From the NCBI GenBank assembly GCA_965226885.1, contig CBDDEL010000013.1:416001-480000 (forward strand): a stretch of 64,000 bases of DNA. Reading direction: 5' to 3'. The notes below the pieces were generated by a model. That model was given only the letters and a program-made list of their open reading frames with translations. It had not been told where the DNA came from and did no database searches. The position numbers and the translations under genes are program-made. This stretch comes from Opitutales bacterium. Its GTDB lineage: Bacteria > Verrucomicrobiota > Verrucomicrobiia > Opitutales > UBA2987. Below, piece by piece: positions 19,368-29,134 of this stretch. Position 1 is the stretch's first letter, and the number at the start of each line of letters is the position of its first letter.

Positions 19368-20792
19368 TTGGAAATTTCTGCCAACTCCCATTTTGAAACG
19401 GTCATTATTGGCGCCGGTATGTCTGGATTGGCGGCCGGCATCCGCTTGGCTATGTTCGGGCGCGATGTATTGATCCTGGAGCGCCACAACGCGGCAGGAG
19501 GACTTAACAGCTTTTACAGCTTTGACGGACGGAAGTTCGACGTCGGGCTGCATGCCGTGACTAATTACGTGGACAAGGGAGTAAAGGGGACGCCCCTGGG
19601 GAAACTCTTTCGCCAATTGCGGATAAGGCGCGAAGATTTCGGCCTCTGCCCGCAAATGGGCTCCCGGGTGGCCTTTCCCGGTATCGATCTGCGGTTTACC
19701 AATGACTTCGAGGTGCTTGTGTCCGAAGTTGACCGGCATTTTCCACGCCAAATAGATAATTTCCGGCGTCTCATCCGGGAAATCGATGATCATGATCCTT
19801 TTCAACTGGAAGGGAAAGAATTCTCGGCCCGCAAGATCGTTTCCAGCTACATAAGCGATCCTTTGCTGGAGGACATGCTGTTTTGCCCGCTCATGTATTA
19901 TGGCAGCGCCAGTGAAATGGATATGGATTTCGGGCAATTCGCCATCATGTTCAACTCGATTTACCGGGAGGGCTTCGCCCGGCCCTTGGATGGAGTTCGG
20001 CGAATCATCCGTGTCATGCTGGCGCGATACCGGGAGCTTGGCGGCAAGCGCAAAATGAAATGCGGAGTGCTCCAGATTCTCAGCTCCAAAGAACGGGCCC
20101 GTGAACTATGGCTCGATAATGGCGAGGTTATTACGGCCGATCATGTGCTTTCCTCCATAGGGCTTGTCGAAACCGAAAGGCTCTGCCAGGACCTCCAGCC
20201 GGACCCGGACCCTTCAAAGGTCGGCAATTTATCCTTCGTCGAGACCATCAACATTCTCAATCTCCAGCCCGTGGAACTGGGATGGGATGACACCATTATT
20301 TTTTTCAACGACCATGAACGCTTTATTTATGCCTGCCCCCAAGACCTAGTGGACCCTCGCAGCGGTGTCATTTGTTTCCCCAACAACTATCGATACAGCG
20401 AAGGCAATCAATTGCCCGAGGGAGTTTTCCGGGTGACCTGCCTGGCCGATTACGAAAAATGGTCAACTTTGCCCGAAGAAAATTACCGGGAAGCGAAAAA
20501 TCATTGGCACGAGCGTCTGGCCCAAAAGGCCATGGAGTTTTTGAAACCGGTTTCCAAAGAATGCCTGGACGATTGCACCATCTACCAGGATATGTTCACA
20601 CCCCGAACCATCAAAAAATACACCGGGCACCTGGGTGGCGCTGTTTACGGGTCGCCCCAAAAAGTGAAAGACGGGCGCACTCGACTGAAAAATGTTTATC
20701 TATGCGGGACCGACCAGGGATTTCTGGGAATCATCGGGGCCATGCTGAGCGGCATTTCCATGGCCAATTTCCATATTTTGAGAAAAACGTGA
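19368..20792 (+). CDS. Phytoene desaturase-family FAD-dependent oxidoreductase
   Basis: IIGAGMSGL Rossmann motif, FDVGLHA, FTPRTI...GAVYG, CGTDQGFLGIIGAMLSG. Confidence 0.85.
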   Translation: MEISANSHFETVIIGAGMSGLAAGIRLAMFGRDVLILERHNAAGGLNSFYSFDGRKFDVGLHAVTNYVDKGVKGTPLGKLFRQLRIRREDFGLCPQMGSRVAFPGIDLRFTNDFEVLVSEVDRHFPRQIDNFRRLIREIDDHDPFQLEGKEFSARKIVSSYISDPLLEDMLFCPLMYYGSASEMDMDFGQFAIMFNSIYREGFARPLDGVRRIIRVMLARYRELGGKRKMKCGVLQILSSKERARELWLDNGEVITADHVLSSIGLVETERLCQDLQPDPDPSKVGNLSFVETINILNLQPVELGWDDTIIFFNDHERFIYACPQDLVDPRSGVICFPNNYRYSEGNQLPEGVFRVTCLADYEKWSTLPEENYREAKNHWHERLAQKAMEFLKPVSKECLDDCTIYQDMFTPRTIKKYTGHLGGAVYGSPQKVKDGRTRLKNVYLCGTDQGFLGIIGAMLSGISMANFHILRKT

Positions 20793-20807
20793 TGCCGGAA
20801 GGAGGTT

Positions 20808-20918
20808 TCAATCATGAAACACGATATACAAAGTTTGCAGCAATATGTAAGCAAGTACGGCTATGAAAACCCATAACAACGGTACAGGTTTCGGTGTTTC
20901 ATCGGGCTCCTTTTCCAT
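20808..20918 (-). CDS. Putative small single-TM protein (36 aa)
   Basis: MEKEPDETPKPVP followed by one hydrophobic helix; fills an intergenic gap. Confidence 0.4.
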   Translation of the reverse strand: MEKEPDETPKPVPLLWVFIAVLAYILLQTLYIVFHD

Positions 20919-21030
20919 CAAGGTTTTTTTCTTTCTGCTGCTATTGGTAAATTTAATCAAATGAATTGTCTGCCGATGACAATTGCTGTAATATTCAAGA
21001 CCCCTCAACTTTTTTATCATCACCGCGATC

Positions 21031-21336
21031 ATGACCAGAATTTTTCAGGCATCAGCCACCCAGACGACGACCGAGGTGGCTGCCGATACCAAAACCCAGC
21101 TTTCTCCTCCCTGGCATGTGATCGTTCTTAACGATCCGGTGAATTTAATGTCCTATGTGGTGGTGGTGTTGCGCAAAGTCTTTGGTTTCAACCATGAAAT
21201 AGCGCGCAAACACATGCTTGAAGTTCACGAGTTGGGCCGTTCACGCGTGTGGACTGGAGAGCGGGAACAAGCGGAAGCCTATACCCACACCCTGCACCAA
21301 TGGCAGCTCAATGCCATCCTTGAGCACGATGATTAA
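21031..21336 (+). CDS. clpS: ATP-dependent Clp protease adaptor ClpS
   Basis: WHVIVLNDPVNLMSYV, MLEVHELGR, EQAE motifs. Confidence 0.9.
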   Translation: MTRIFQASATQTTTEVAADTKTQLSPPWHVIVLNDPVNLMSYVVVVLRKVFGFNHEIARKHMLEVHELGRSRVWTGEREQAEAYTHTLHQWQLNAILEHDD

Positions 21337-21790
21337 AATCGACCTTCATCTGCAACCTTCCCTGGCACGCGCAATGATCGATGAGGTGCAGAGTGTGCGC
21401 CATGACCTGGGGGAAAATCTGGTAATCGATCCCGCCTTGCCCGAGGACGATCCCGATTTGCTGGATGCCTGGAAAAGCGAGCTGACCGCGACCCTGCGCG
21501 AGGACTGCGATTTTTTACTCGAAACCCTCCAACGCAAAGATTTTGGCGAAGGTGAGCTGCAATTGGAAGAAACCACCGCCGATGGCCTTATCCGGGCATG
21601 TTCGGCCATACGCCTGAAAATACGGGAGGCAGCCCTGGGGGGCATCGGCGACGAGCCTTTGGAACACGGCGCCATCAATCCCGCCGAACTCTCTTTCGAC
21701 CAGCAGCGCTCTTACCTTTGCTACCTGTTTCTGGCCGGTCTGCAAAGCGAGATATTGGTCGAGATCGATCCCTCCTGCGAAGATCTGTAG
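21329..21790 (+). CDS. DUF2017-like protein overlapping the clpS end
   Basis: Acidic helical protein, RACSAIRL; position after clpS as in Actinobacteria-type clpS operons. Confidence 0.6.
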   Translation: MIKIDLHLQPSLARAMIDEVQSVRHDLGENLVIDPALPEDDPDLLDAWKSELTATLREDCDFLLETLQRKDFGEGELQLEETTADGLIRACSAIRLKIREAALGGIGDEPLEHGAINPAELSFDQQRSYLCYLFLAGLQSEILVEIDPSCEDL

Positions 21791-21895
21791 CCCGCAGCCA
21801 TCCAAGGTATCATAAAAGGGCATTGATTGACGGAATATATCTAAAAAATCCCTCTGCAATTGACGTCATCGCCTATTTTTGCAAATATACGCCCC

Positions 21896-22072
21896 ATCCT
21901 GCTGTGTGCGGAGGTTAGAATAGCGCTCTTATCCTGATTCTGAACAATAGGGAGCTTGACCTGAGAGGGTGGCTGTCACGCCGTCAACCGGAAGACAAAA
22001 GCCCCCCAGAAAGCACCCACTTTTACCAACAAGTGGTAAAAGAGCTTTTTAATACTCCGGCACAAGTGGGAC
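21896..22072 (+). ncRNA. ssrS: Probable 6S RNA
   Basis: About 177 nt; 5' TCCTGCTGTGTGCGGAG pairs imperfectly with 3' CTCCGGCACAAGTGGGA; internal hairpin CTTTTACCA-ACAAG-TGGTAAAAG; T-run after; TTGACG at 21860. Confidence 0.62.
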
Positions 22073-22234
22073 TTTTTTTAATTCTAATTATGGGATGTAA
22101 GATAAAATGCTTGAACGTTACCTTTCATATTCTATGTTTACTTTTGCGGCAATTACAATTGCGGGCTTTATATATTCCTTATTATTCGCAGGCTATTTTG
22201 GTTGGGGATTATTGAAAGCAAGCATTATATTTGT

Positions 22235-23036
22235 GGTAGTGTATTAAGTAGGAATGGTGGCTAATTCTTGATTATATTGATGAATGAAAAGTCTCAGACA
22301 GGTTTCATGCATACTCTTAAGCTTGGAAAAGGAGAGGGTTTTGCGTGTGAAACGACCCAGTCGTTGGCGCAGGGTATTGTTCCATCGTTCCACATGGGCC
22401 GTTTCACCGGTTTCTTTTCCCACGGATCGGTTATGAGGAAAGACTTCATCATAAGTGCTCCAAAAGTCGCTGTAGGTGGCACATCTTTTGTAGGCCCGTG
22501 GCAGACGCTCGTAAAGTTCCCGGCAACGATACCAATCCCGAGGCCCAATGGCATAGGAGAGGATTTGACGGGTGCGTCGGCAAAGAGCGATCCAAACCCA
22601 TTGGGCATCGCTCTTGCGCCCCACAAAAGACCACAGTTCGTCCAGTTCAATGACATCATGGCGGCGGGCCGCAAGAATCGTGCTTTTGAGCGGTCGCAGC
22701 GATTGTCGTTTTTTTTAACCAACTCAAAACGGTGTTGGGACTCACCCCGAAGGCGCGCTGTAAACCGCGTAGACTGCTGCGTTCCTGATAGACTCGAAGG
22801 ATCATTTCTTTTTGCTCTTCGGTGTATTTCACTGTGGGGTTTTCGCGGCTTTGTTTACCACAATCATGGCAGCGGTAGCGCTGTTTATGGTTGGGCGTCT
22901 TGCCAAATTTAATGATATTTTCACTTCCACAGTGCCGACAATTAATAATTTTAGTAACCATGCACTAAGAATAAACTGCCTAACGCTATTTGTACAGCTA
23001 AAAATACAAAATAACATTCTTTTTTTATACACTACC
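22235..23036 (-). mobile_element. IS1-family element A, copy 3
   Basis: IRs; 8-bp TSD ATATTTGT; insAB at 22244-22961. Confidence 0.95.
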
Positions 23037-23111
23037 ATATTTGTTATTGGTGGTTATGTATTGTGGGGAATGGCAAACAAACGAAAACAAAGTCAAGCCG
23101 ATAAGGGATAG

Positions 23112-23134
23112 AAAAAGGAGTCAACGTTCATATT
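23112..23134. repeat. Left 23-bp inverted repeat of the RAYT-like unit
   Basis: AAAAAGGAGTCAACGTTCATATT, exact reverse complement of 24145-24167. Confidence 0.9.
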
Positions 23135-24108
23135 TTATGAGATTTGAGTATTTGGGCGTGGGGGCATTTCTTTTCGCGGTTTTTTGTGTATTTTCCGCAG
23201 AGGTTGCTTACGCTTTTGGGTTCTCCCATGTACAGGGCTTCGCTAAGCCAGGCGTTGGTTACGGAGGTTTCCCTTTTCAGTTTGCTCGCTATGGCCAGCT
23301 TCCAGGCTTCTGAATATTTGCTTTTCTTTGCTTCAGAGCGTCTTTTGCCCAACGCTTTCAAGCATGTTTTCAAGGCCATTTCCCATTGGGTGCGGTTGAA
23401 ATCTTCCAGCTCGTCCTTTTCCAGTCGCAACTGTCCCTCGGCTTCGAGCAATTCCTTTACTAAAGCTTCTTTAAACTCTTTTTCTCCTATGCACCATCCG
23501 CGGCACATGCGCCGTTCCAGCGACTTGATCTGTTTCGGTTCATCCGCTGCCCCGAGTTGCAGGAGCCGTGAATAACGATTCCAGCCACCGCGGGTATCCG
23601 TCAACCCTTCGCCGTTAGCACAGGACATCCAACCCGCCTCGAAGAACGCCTGACGCATCTTGCGTTTAGGGAAGTGATAAAGGCTCGACCAACGATACTT
23701 GCTTAGGGTTTCTATGTCGGCAAGGCCCGCCCGCAATGGGTTCAAATGAATATAGTTGACCAGGTCCGCGAAATGCTTGCCCCGTTCCACCACCAGGGAT
23801 TTGAAGCGCCCCTGGAATAGATGACCCCGTTCTTTGCGGAATTGGTTGAAGCGCCTGGCAAAAGTACCCTGGAGCCATTGCATGCCCGACGAGAGATTGC
23901 CCTGGGGCGTGCCGATGCACAAATGAAAGTGGTTGGATAGGATGCAGTAAGCATGAAGCTGCCAGGAAAACCTTCCGCACGCCTCGAAGAGCGCCACCTC
24001 AAAAGCATTCCTGGCGCCTTCGGTCTTGAAGACGAATTGTCGATAGTTGCCCCGATTGATCACATGGTAGAGGCCGTCGCTGGTTTCGATTCTATTTGTC
24101 CGTGGCAT
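23128..24108 (-). CDS. HUH (Y1) REP-associated tyrosine transposase-like protein with C-terminal helical/HTH extension
   Basis: YHVINRGN, SNHFHL (HUH), GHLFQGRFKS, YIHLNPLRAG; start MPRTNR at 24108. Confidence 0.88.
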   Translation of the reverse strand: MPRTNRIETSDGLYHVINRGNYRQFVFKTEGARNAFEVALFEACGRFSWQLHAYCILSNHFHLCIGTPQGNLSSGMQWLQGTFARRFNQFRKERGHLFQGRFKSLVVERGKHFADLVNYIHLNPLRAGLADIETLSKYRWSSLYHFPKRKMRQAFFEAGWMSCANGEGLTDTRGGWNRYSRLLQLGAADEPKQIKSLERRMCRGWCIGEKEFKEALVKELLEAEGQLRLEKDELEDFNRTQWEMALKTCLKALGKRRSEAKKSKYSEAWKLAIASKLKRETSVTNAWLSEALYMGEPKSVSNLCGKYTKNREKKCPHAQILKSHKI

Positions 24109-24144
24109 GAAGACCACGTTAATCCTATCAGGGACAGGATGTCG

Positions 24145-24167
24145 AATATGAACGTTGACTCCTTTTT
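24145..24167. repeat. Right 23-bp inverted repeat of the RAYT-like unit
   Basis: AATATGAACGTTGACTCCTTTTT. Confidence 0.9.
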
Positions 24168-24175
24168 TTCGATTT

Positions 24176-25018
24176 TTAATAACCGAACAATTGCAGGCCC
24201 CAGTTGCGGGCTTCGCGGATGACTTTTTGTTTTTCCAGAATCAGGGTTACGCCGGCTTCCAGACAGGCAATCCCGATGCCCGCTTCGCGCATCACTTCCA
24301 ACGTTCGCAGGCCGAAGACCGGCACGTCGAATCGGAAATCCTTTTCCGCTTTGCTTGTTTTGACAAAAATCAATTGATCCGTCTTAAAGCTGCCGGCCCG
24401 GCGCAGCATGGCGTCGGTGCCCTCGAATGCTTCCACCGCGATCACGGTGCCCTTTCGCACAACCACTCCCTGTCCAACGTGAAGCTGGGCCGAACCACGG
24501 GCGATTTTTATGCCGTGTTCAATATCCTGCTCCTTCACACCAGGTTTTCCGCCCGTCATAACGCCCTCCTCCGCTAGTTCGTGGTCGAGAAAGGAGCGGG
24601 CGTCGAGCATCCGCACACCCTGTTTTTCAATTTCATTGGAAACGGCTCCAAAAATAGATTCCGCGTTTTTCTTTTTGAGTCTGGATAAGAGCAAAATCGC
24701 CTTGGTATCCGGGTGAAGGCCCTTGAATAGACGCCGGGGGGTCACCTGGCCGACCATCATGGCGTAACCGGCTTCGAATTTCCTGATCGCCGCCAGCATA
24801 TGGCCCAATTGCCCAACTTTGATGACCACCGATTCGTCCTCTGGAAAAGACTCGATAATGTCCTCACGAGTCTCCCCTGCGAAGGCGATCAGGCGCACCG
24901 GAAGATCGTGCCTGCGGATGGACTCCAAGCAAAGTTTCGGGTAAATTTCCTTGCCCGCAATCACCGCAATGGGCCGCGATGGATCAAAAGATTCTGGCAG
25001 AAACCGCGAATAGGTCAT
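24176..25018 (-). CDS. lpxI: UDP-2,3-diacylglucosamine diphosphatase LpxI family
   Basis: VIAGKEIYP, VGQGVVV, AVEAFEGTDAMLRR, DFRFDVPVFG. Confidence 0.88.
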   Translation of the reverse strand: MTYSRFLPESFDPSRPIAVIAGKEIYPKLCLESIRRHDLPVRLIAFAGETREDIIESFPEDESVVIKVGQLGHMLAAIRKFEAGYAMMVGQVTPRRLFKGLHPDTKAILLLSRLKKKNAESIFGAVSNEIEKQGVRMLDARSFLDHELAEEGVMTGGKPGVKEQDIEHGIKIARGSAQLHVGQGVVVRKGTVIAVEAFEGTDAMLRRAGSFKTDQLIFVKTSKAEKDFRFDVPVFGLRTLEVMREAGIGIACLEAGVTLILEKQKVIREARNWGLQLFGY

Positions 25019-25071
25019 CTTAATGTATTATGAGAGGAAGAAGACAGGAGACAGAAAATGGGTATCTCGTC

Positions 25072-27696
25072 TTAATTCGTTACTATGTTAAGGATTTTAC
25101 CCGGCACGTAAATAACCTTCACAACCTGTTTTCCTTCCAGATGATTGGCCACCCTTTGATGTTCTTTTGCTGTTTGAAGGGCTTCATCCTGATTCAATCC
25201 TTTGTTCACCGAGGCATCCCCACGATATTTGCCGTTGACCTGGAAGACCAGTTTAACTTTTTCGGTGGCGAATTTCCGGGGGTCGTACTGGGGCCAGGGA
25301 TGACTGGAAACCGGTGAAGGATTCCCGATACGCGCCCAGATTTCCTCCGCCATATGCGGGGCGAACGGGGCCAGCAAAGCGAGAATAGTTTCTCCCGTTA
25401 GCTTTGTCATTCGCCCCTCTTTTTGCAAATGATTGGAGAGGATCATCATTTGCGAAATTGCGGTGTTGAAGCGCAGGTTTTCGATATCTTCGGTTACTTT
25501 TTTAATCGTTTCATGGAGCAGTTTCTCCGTGGCCGGAGAATCTTCCGGCGAATCCGTAAGACGATCCGAAACGGCGCCCTCCCGGTCGATAAACAATCGC
25601 CAGACCCGCTTCAAAAATCGGAAGACTCCCTCGATGCCGCGTGTGTTCCAGGGTTTTATGTCCTGCAGCGGGCCCATGAACATTTCGTAGAGCCGGAGTG
25701 AATCGGCCCCGTAACGATCGATGACTTCTTCGGGGTTGACCGCGTTGCCCCGGCTTTTGGACATCTTTTCGCCGTCTTCCCCTAAAATGAGGCCCTGGTG
25801 AAAAAGCTTTTTATACGGCTCTGGATCCGACACCACGCCGATATCATGGAGAAAATAGTGCCAGAAACGCGCATAGAGCAGGTGCAGAACCGCGTGTTCG
25901 GCCCCACCCATATAGATGTCCGGTGTTCCCCAAAATTTTTCGATTTTCGGGTCGATTAGCGATTCATCGTTGCCCGGGTCGAGATAGCGTAGGTGGTACC
26001 AGCAGGAACCCGCCCACTGCGGCATGGTATTGGTTTCCCGTCGGCCTTTTGCCCAGAGGTCGCTTTCCGGTTTATCCTGAGACGCCGGGATAGTTTCACC
26101 GGTGGACAGGTTGAACCACACCTCCACCCATTCGGTGATATTGGCCAGCGGGCTTTCGCCAGTGCCGGAAGGCTGGTAATTATCCGTCTCCGGCAATTCC
26201 AAAGGCAATTGACCAGCCGGCAGCGGCAAGGCGTAATAAGTGACGCCGCCGCTTTTATAAGTAACCGCTTCCTTGGGCAGAAAACGGGCCACTTCGCTGT
26301 CTTCGGCATTTTTGGCGCGCAGATAGGCTTCCTCTTCGACCCAGACGATGGGAAAAGGCTCGCCCCAGTAACGCTGCCGCGAAAAAAGCCAATCGCGCAA
26401 TTTGAAGTTGATGGCCGCCTTGCCCCTATTCGATTTTTCCAAATCTTCGGTAATTTGCCGGATGCCGATTCTCGAATCCAGACCGGTATAGGATCCGGAA
26501 TTGACCATCTTTCCATGACCCGTGTAGGGGCTGTATTTTTCCTCGATCGCTTGTAAGATTGTTTTTTTGACCTCGGGTTCATTTTTTTCGGGCTTTTCGA
26601 TTACCTTCTCAATGGGCAATTTAAACTTTACAGCAAATTCGTGGTCTCTTTCGTCATGGGCAGGCACCGCCATGATGGCTCCGGTGCCGTAGCTCATGAG
26701 CACATAGTCGGCGATCCAGATGGGGATTTCCTCATTGTTAACCGGATTTATGGCGTAGCTGCCGGTGAAAATACCACTTTTGTCCTTGGCCAGGTCGGTG
26801 CGGTCCAGATCGCTTTTTCCGGCCGCCTTTTGGATGTATTGCTCAACCTCCTTCAGGCGTTCGGGGAGGGTCAGTTTTTTCACCAAGGGGTGCTCCGGGG
26901 CTAAAACCATGTAAGTGGCCCCGAAAAGGGTATCCGGCCTTGTTGTGAAAATTTTCAGTTTGTTATGCGGAAACCCCTTGAGGGCGAAAGTGACCTCGGC
27001 ACCTTCACTGCGCCCGATCCAGGCTCGCTGCTGCCTCTTGGTCGAATCCGGCCAGTCGATCCCTTCCAGGCCGGCCAGCAGCCGGTCCGCGTAAGCCGTT
27101 ATGCGCAAAACCCATTGGCGCAGGTTGCGGCGGACGACCGGGTGGCCACCTCGTTCGGAAAGGCCGTCAACGATTTCCTCGTTGGCCAGGACGGTGCCGA
27201 GATTGTCGCACCACCAGACGGGCTTTTCATCCACATAGGCTAGCCCTTGCTTGAAAAGCTGTAAAAATATCCACTGGGTCCATTTGAAATAATGAGGGTC
27301 GGTGGTGTTGATTTCCCGGTCCCAATCGATTGAAAAGCCGATCCGTTTGATTTGGCGGCGGTAAGTATCGCTATTTTTTTGTATGGTCAATCGCGGATGG
27401 GTGCCGGTTTCCACAGCGTGTTGCTCGGCTGGCAGACCGAAGGCGTCCCAGCCCATGGGATGGAGGACGTTAAAACCCAGCGCTCTTTTATATCGCGAGA
27501 GAATGTCCGTGGCGGTATAGCCTTCGGGATGTCCGACATGCAGTCCGGCTCCCGAAGGATAGGGAAACATGTCCAGGATGTAATAGGAGGGTTTTGCGGA
27601 AAAATCCTCGGCGCGGAAAGTCTTGTTTTTTTCCCAGAAAGATTGCCAATACGGTTCAATCTGTGAAAAGTCGTAATCTGTGCAAGGTGTGGGCAT
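25072..27696 (-). CDS. leuS: Leucine--tRNA ligase
   Basis: [15 protein letters not shown] (HIGH), [15 protein letters not shown]; start placed at ATG 27696. Confidence 0.97.
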   Translation of the reverse strand: MPTPCTDYDFSQIEPYWQSFWEKNKTFRAEDFSAKPSYYILDMFPYPSGAGLHVGHPEGYTATDILSRYKRALGFNVLHPMGWDAFGLPAEQHAVETGTHPRLTIQKNSDTYRRQIKRIGFSIDWDREINTTDPHYFKWTQWIFLQLFKQGLAYVDEKPVWWCDNLGTVLANEEIVDGLSERGGHPVVRRNLRQWVLRITAYADRLLAGLEGIDWPDSTKRQQRAWIGRSEGAEVTFALKGFPHNKLKIFTTRPDTLFGATYMVLAPEHPLVKKLTLPERLKEVEQYIQKAAGKSDLDRTDLAKDKSGIFTGSYAINPVNNEEIPIWIADYVLMSYGTGAIMAVPAHDERDHEFAVKFKLPIEKVIEKPEKNEPEVKKTILQAIEEKYSPYTGHGKMVNSGSYTGLDSRIGIRQITEDLEKSNRGKAAINFKLRDWLFSRQRYWGEPFPIVWVEEEAYLRAKNAEDSEVARFLPKEAVTYKSGGVTYYALPLPAGQLPLELPETDNYQPSGTGESPLANITEWVEVWFNLSTGETIPASQDKPESDLWAKGRRETNTMPQWAGSCWYHLRYLDPGNDESLIDPKIEKFWGTPDIYMGGAEHAVLHLLYARFWHYFLHDIGVVSDPEPYKKLFHQGLILGEDGEKMSKSRGNAVNPEEVIDRYGADSLRLYEMFMGPLQDIKPWNTRGIEGVFRFLKRVWRLFIDREGAVSDRLTDSPEDSPATEKLLHETIKKVTEDIENLRFNTAISQMMILSNHLQKEGRMTKLTGETILALLAPFAPHMAEEIWARIGNPSPVSSHPWPQYDPRKFATEKVKLVFQVNGKYRGDASVNKGLNQDEALQTAKEHQRVANHLEGKQVVKVIYVPGKILNIVTN

Positions 27697-29101
27697 GAAT
27701 CGAAAAAAACAGCTTATGTTGATAAAATTTAATAGAGGGTCAACCACTCATAAAGGGAGTTTTCCCTGGGCTGTGCCGATGGCCATGCTGGCGGCGGGTT
27801 ATTTAATTTTCACCTCTGTCGGCCTCGACGCCAAGGGCCGGGCCTTCGACAAATTGCTCGACGCGGTGGTGCGGATCGATGTTAGCGAGGCTACTTTTGA
27901 AGGCGGCTCCAAAAGGATTATCCGCGGCATCGGCTCCGGCGTCATCATGACGAAGGAGGGGCACATATTGACCAACGCCCATGTCGCCAGCCCCAAGGCG
28001 GAGGAGATTTCCATCACCCTGGCCAATCTGGAAAGGGTTAATGCCAGGCTGCTGGGTTGGGACCACTGGACGGACTTGGCTGTGCTTCAAATGGATATCG
28101 AGGAAGTGGAGAAAAGGAATTTGAAATTCTCTACGGCCCGTTTCGGCGATTCCAAAAAGCTTTATCCGGGCCAAATCGTATATGCGGCGGGAACTCCCAA
28201 CGGGTTGAGCCGGACTGTGACCAAGGGCATTATTTCCAACACCGACCGCTATTTTGAAGGCAGCAGCCACATTCGCGGCCACGAGACCGGTTATTTCAAC
28301 ACCTGGCTGCAAACGGATGCCGCCATCAACCCGGGAAACAGCGGCGGCCCCCTTGTGACGGAGGACGGGCGCGTCGTCGGCATCAACACCCGGGGTTACC
28401 TCGGAGCCAACAATCTTGGGTTTGCAGTGCCCGCGGAAACCGCCCAAACAGTTATGCAAGCCTTGCTCGAGAAAGGCGAAATCGTGCGCAGCTACATCGG
28501 CCTGAAACTCAGTCCCTTGCAGGATCTGGAAGATTTTTTTAACCTCGAAATGAACACCGGAATGCTCGTCAGCGCCGTCGATCCGGGTTCCCCCTGCGAT
28601 AAAGCCGGTCTGCGGCCCGGCGACATCATTTTGACGCTCAACGGTGAGAAAATGGATGGCCGTTTTCCAGAGCAGCTTCCGCCCATTCAAAAAAAAATTG
28701 CCCGCAAGCCGGTCGGTTCCGTGATTACCCTGGAGCTTAAACGCAACGGAAAAAATCTCACCGTGGAGGCTCAAACGGAGCGGCTGGAAAGCCGGGTGGG
28801 GGAGCAGTGGGCCTTTGAGGATTGGGGATTGAGCGTGCAAAGAGTCTCCCGGGCCATTGTCCGGGAGCAAAAACTACCCACCGATGACGGCGTCCTCGTA
28901 ATAGGGACCCAGACCGCTTTTCCGGCCGACGACGCCGGATTGCGCCGGGGAGACATCATTTTGCGAATCAACCGGGAGTCGATCCGCTCCCTCGATCAGC
29001 TAAAGCTGGCCTATGAGGACTACCAGGCGGAACCCAGGGAAATTCTTCTCGAAGCCCAGCGTTACCATCAGGATTCGTTTTATATATTAATAAAACCCTG
29101 A
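27695..29101 (+). CDS. HtrA/DegP-family serine protease with two PDZ domains (start uncertain)
   Basis: [21 protein letters not shown] triad motifs; two PDZ repeats. Confidence 0.9.
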   Translation: MNRKKQLMLIKFNRGSTTHKGSFPWAVPMAMLAAGYLIFTSVGLDAKGRAFDKLLDAVVRIDVSEATFEGGSKRIIRGIGSGVIMTKEGHILTNAHVASPKAEEISITLANLERVNARLLGWDHWTDLAVLQMDIEEVEKRNLKFSTARFGDSKKLYPGQIVYAAGTPNGLSRTVTKGIISNTDRYFEGSSHIRGHETGYFNTWLQTDAAINPGNSGGPLVTEDGRVVGINTRGYLGANNLGFAVPAETAQTVMQALLEKGEIVRSYIGLKLSPLQDLEDFFNLEMNTGMLVSAVDPGSPCDKAGLRPGDIILTLNGEKMDGRFPEQLPPIQKKIARKPVGSVITLELKRNGKNLTVEAQTERLESRVGEQWAFEDWGLSVQRVSRAIVREQKLPTDDGVLVIGTQTAFPADDAGLRRGDIILRINRESIRSLDQLKLAYEDYQAEPREILLEAQRYHQDSFYILIKP

Positions 29102-29134
29102 AGTCCCAAGACTCTCCATTGCAGAATAAAATTA

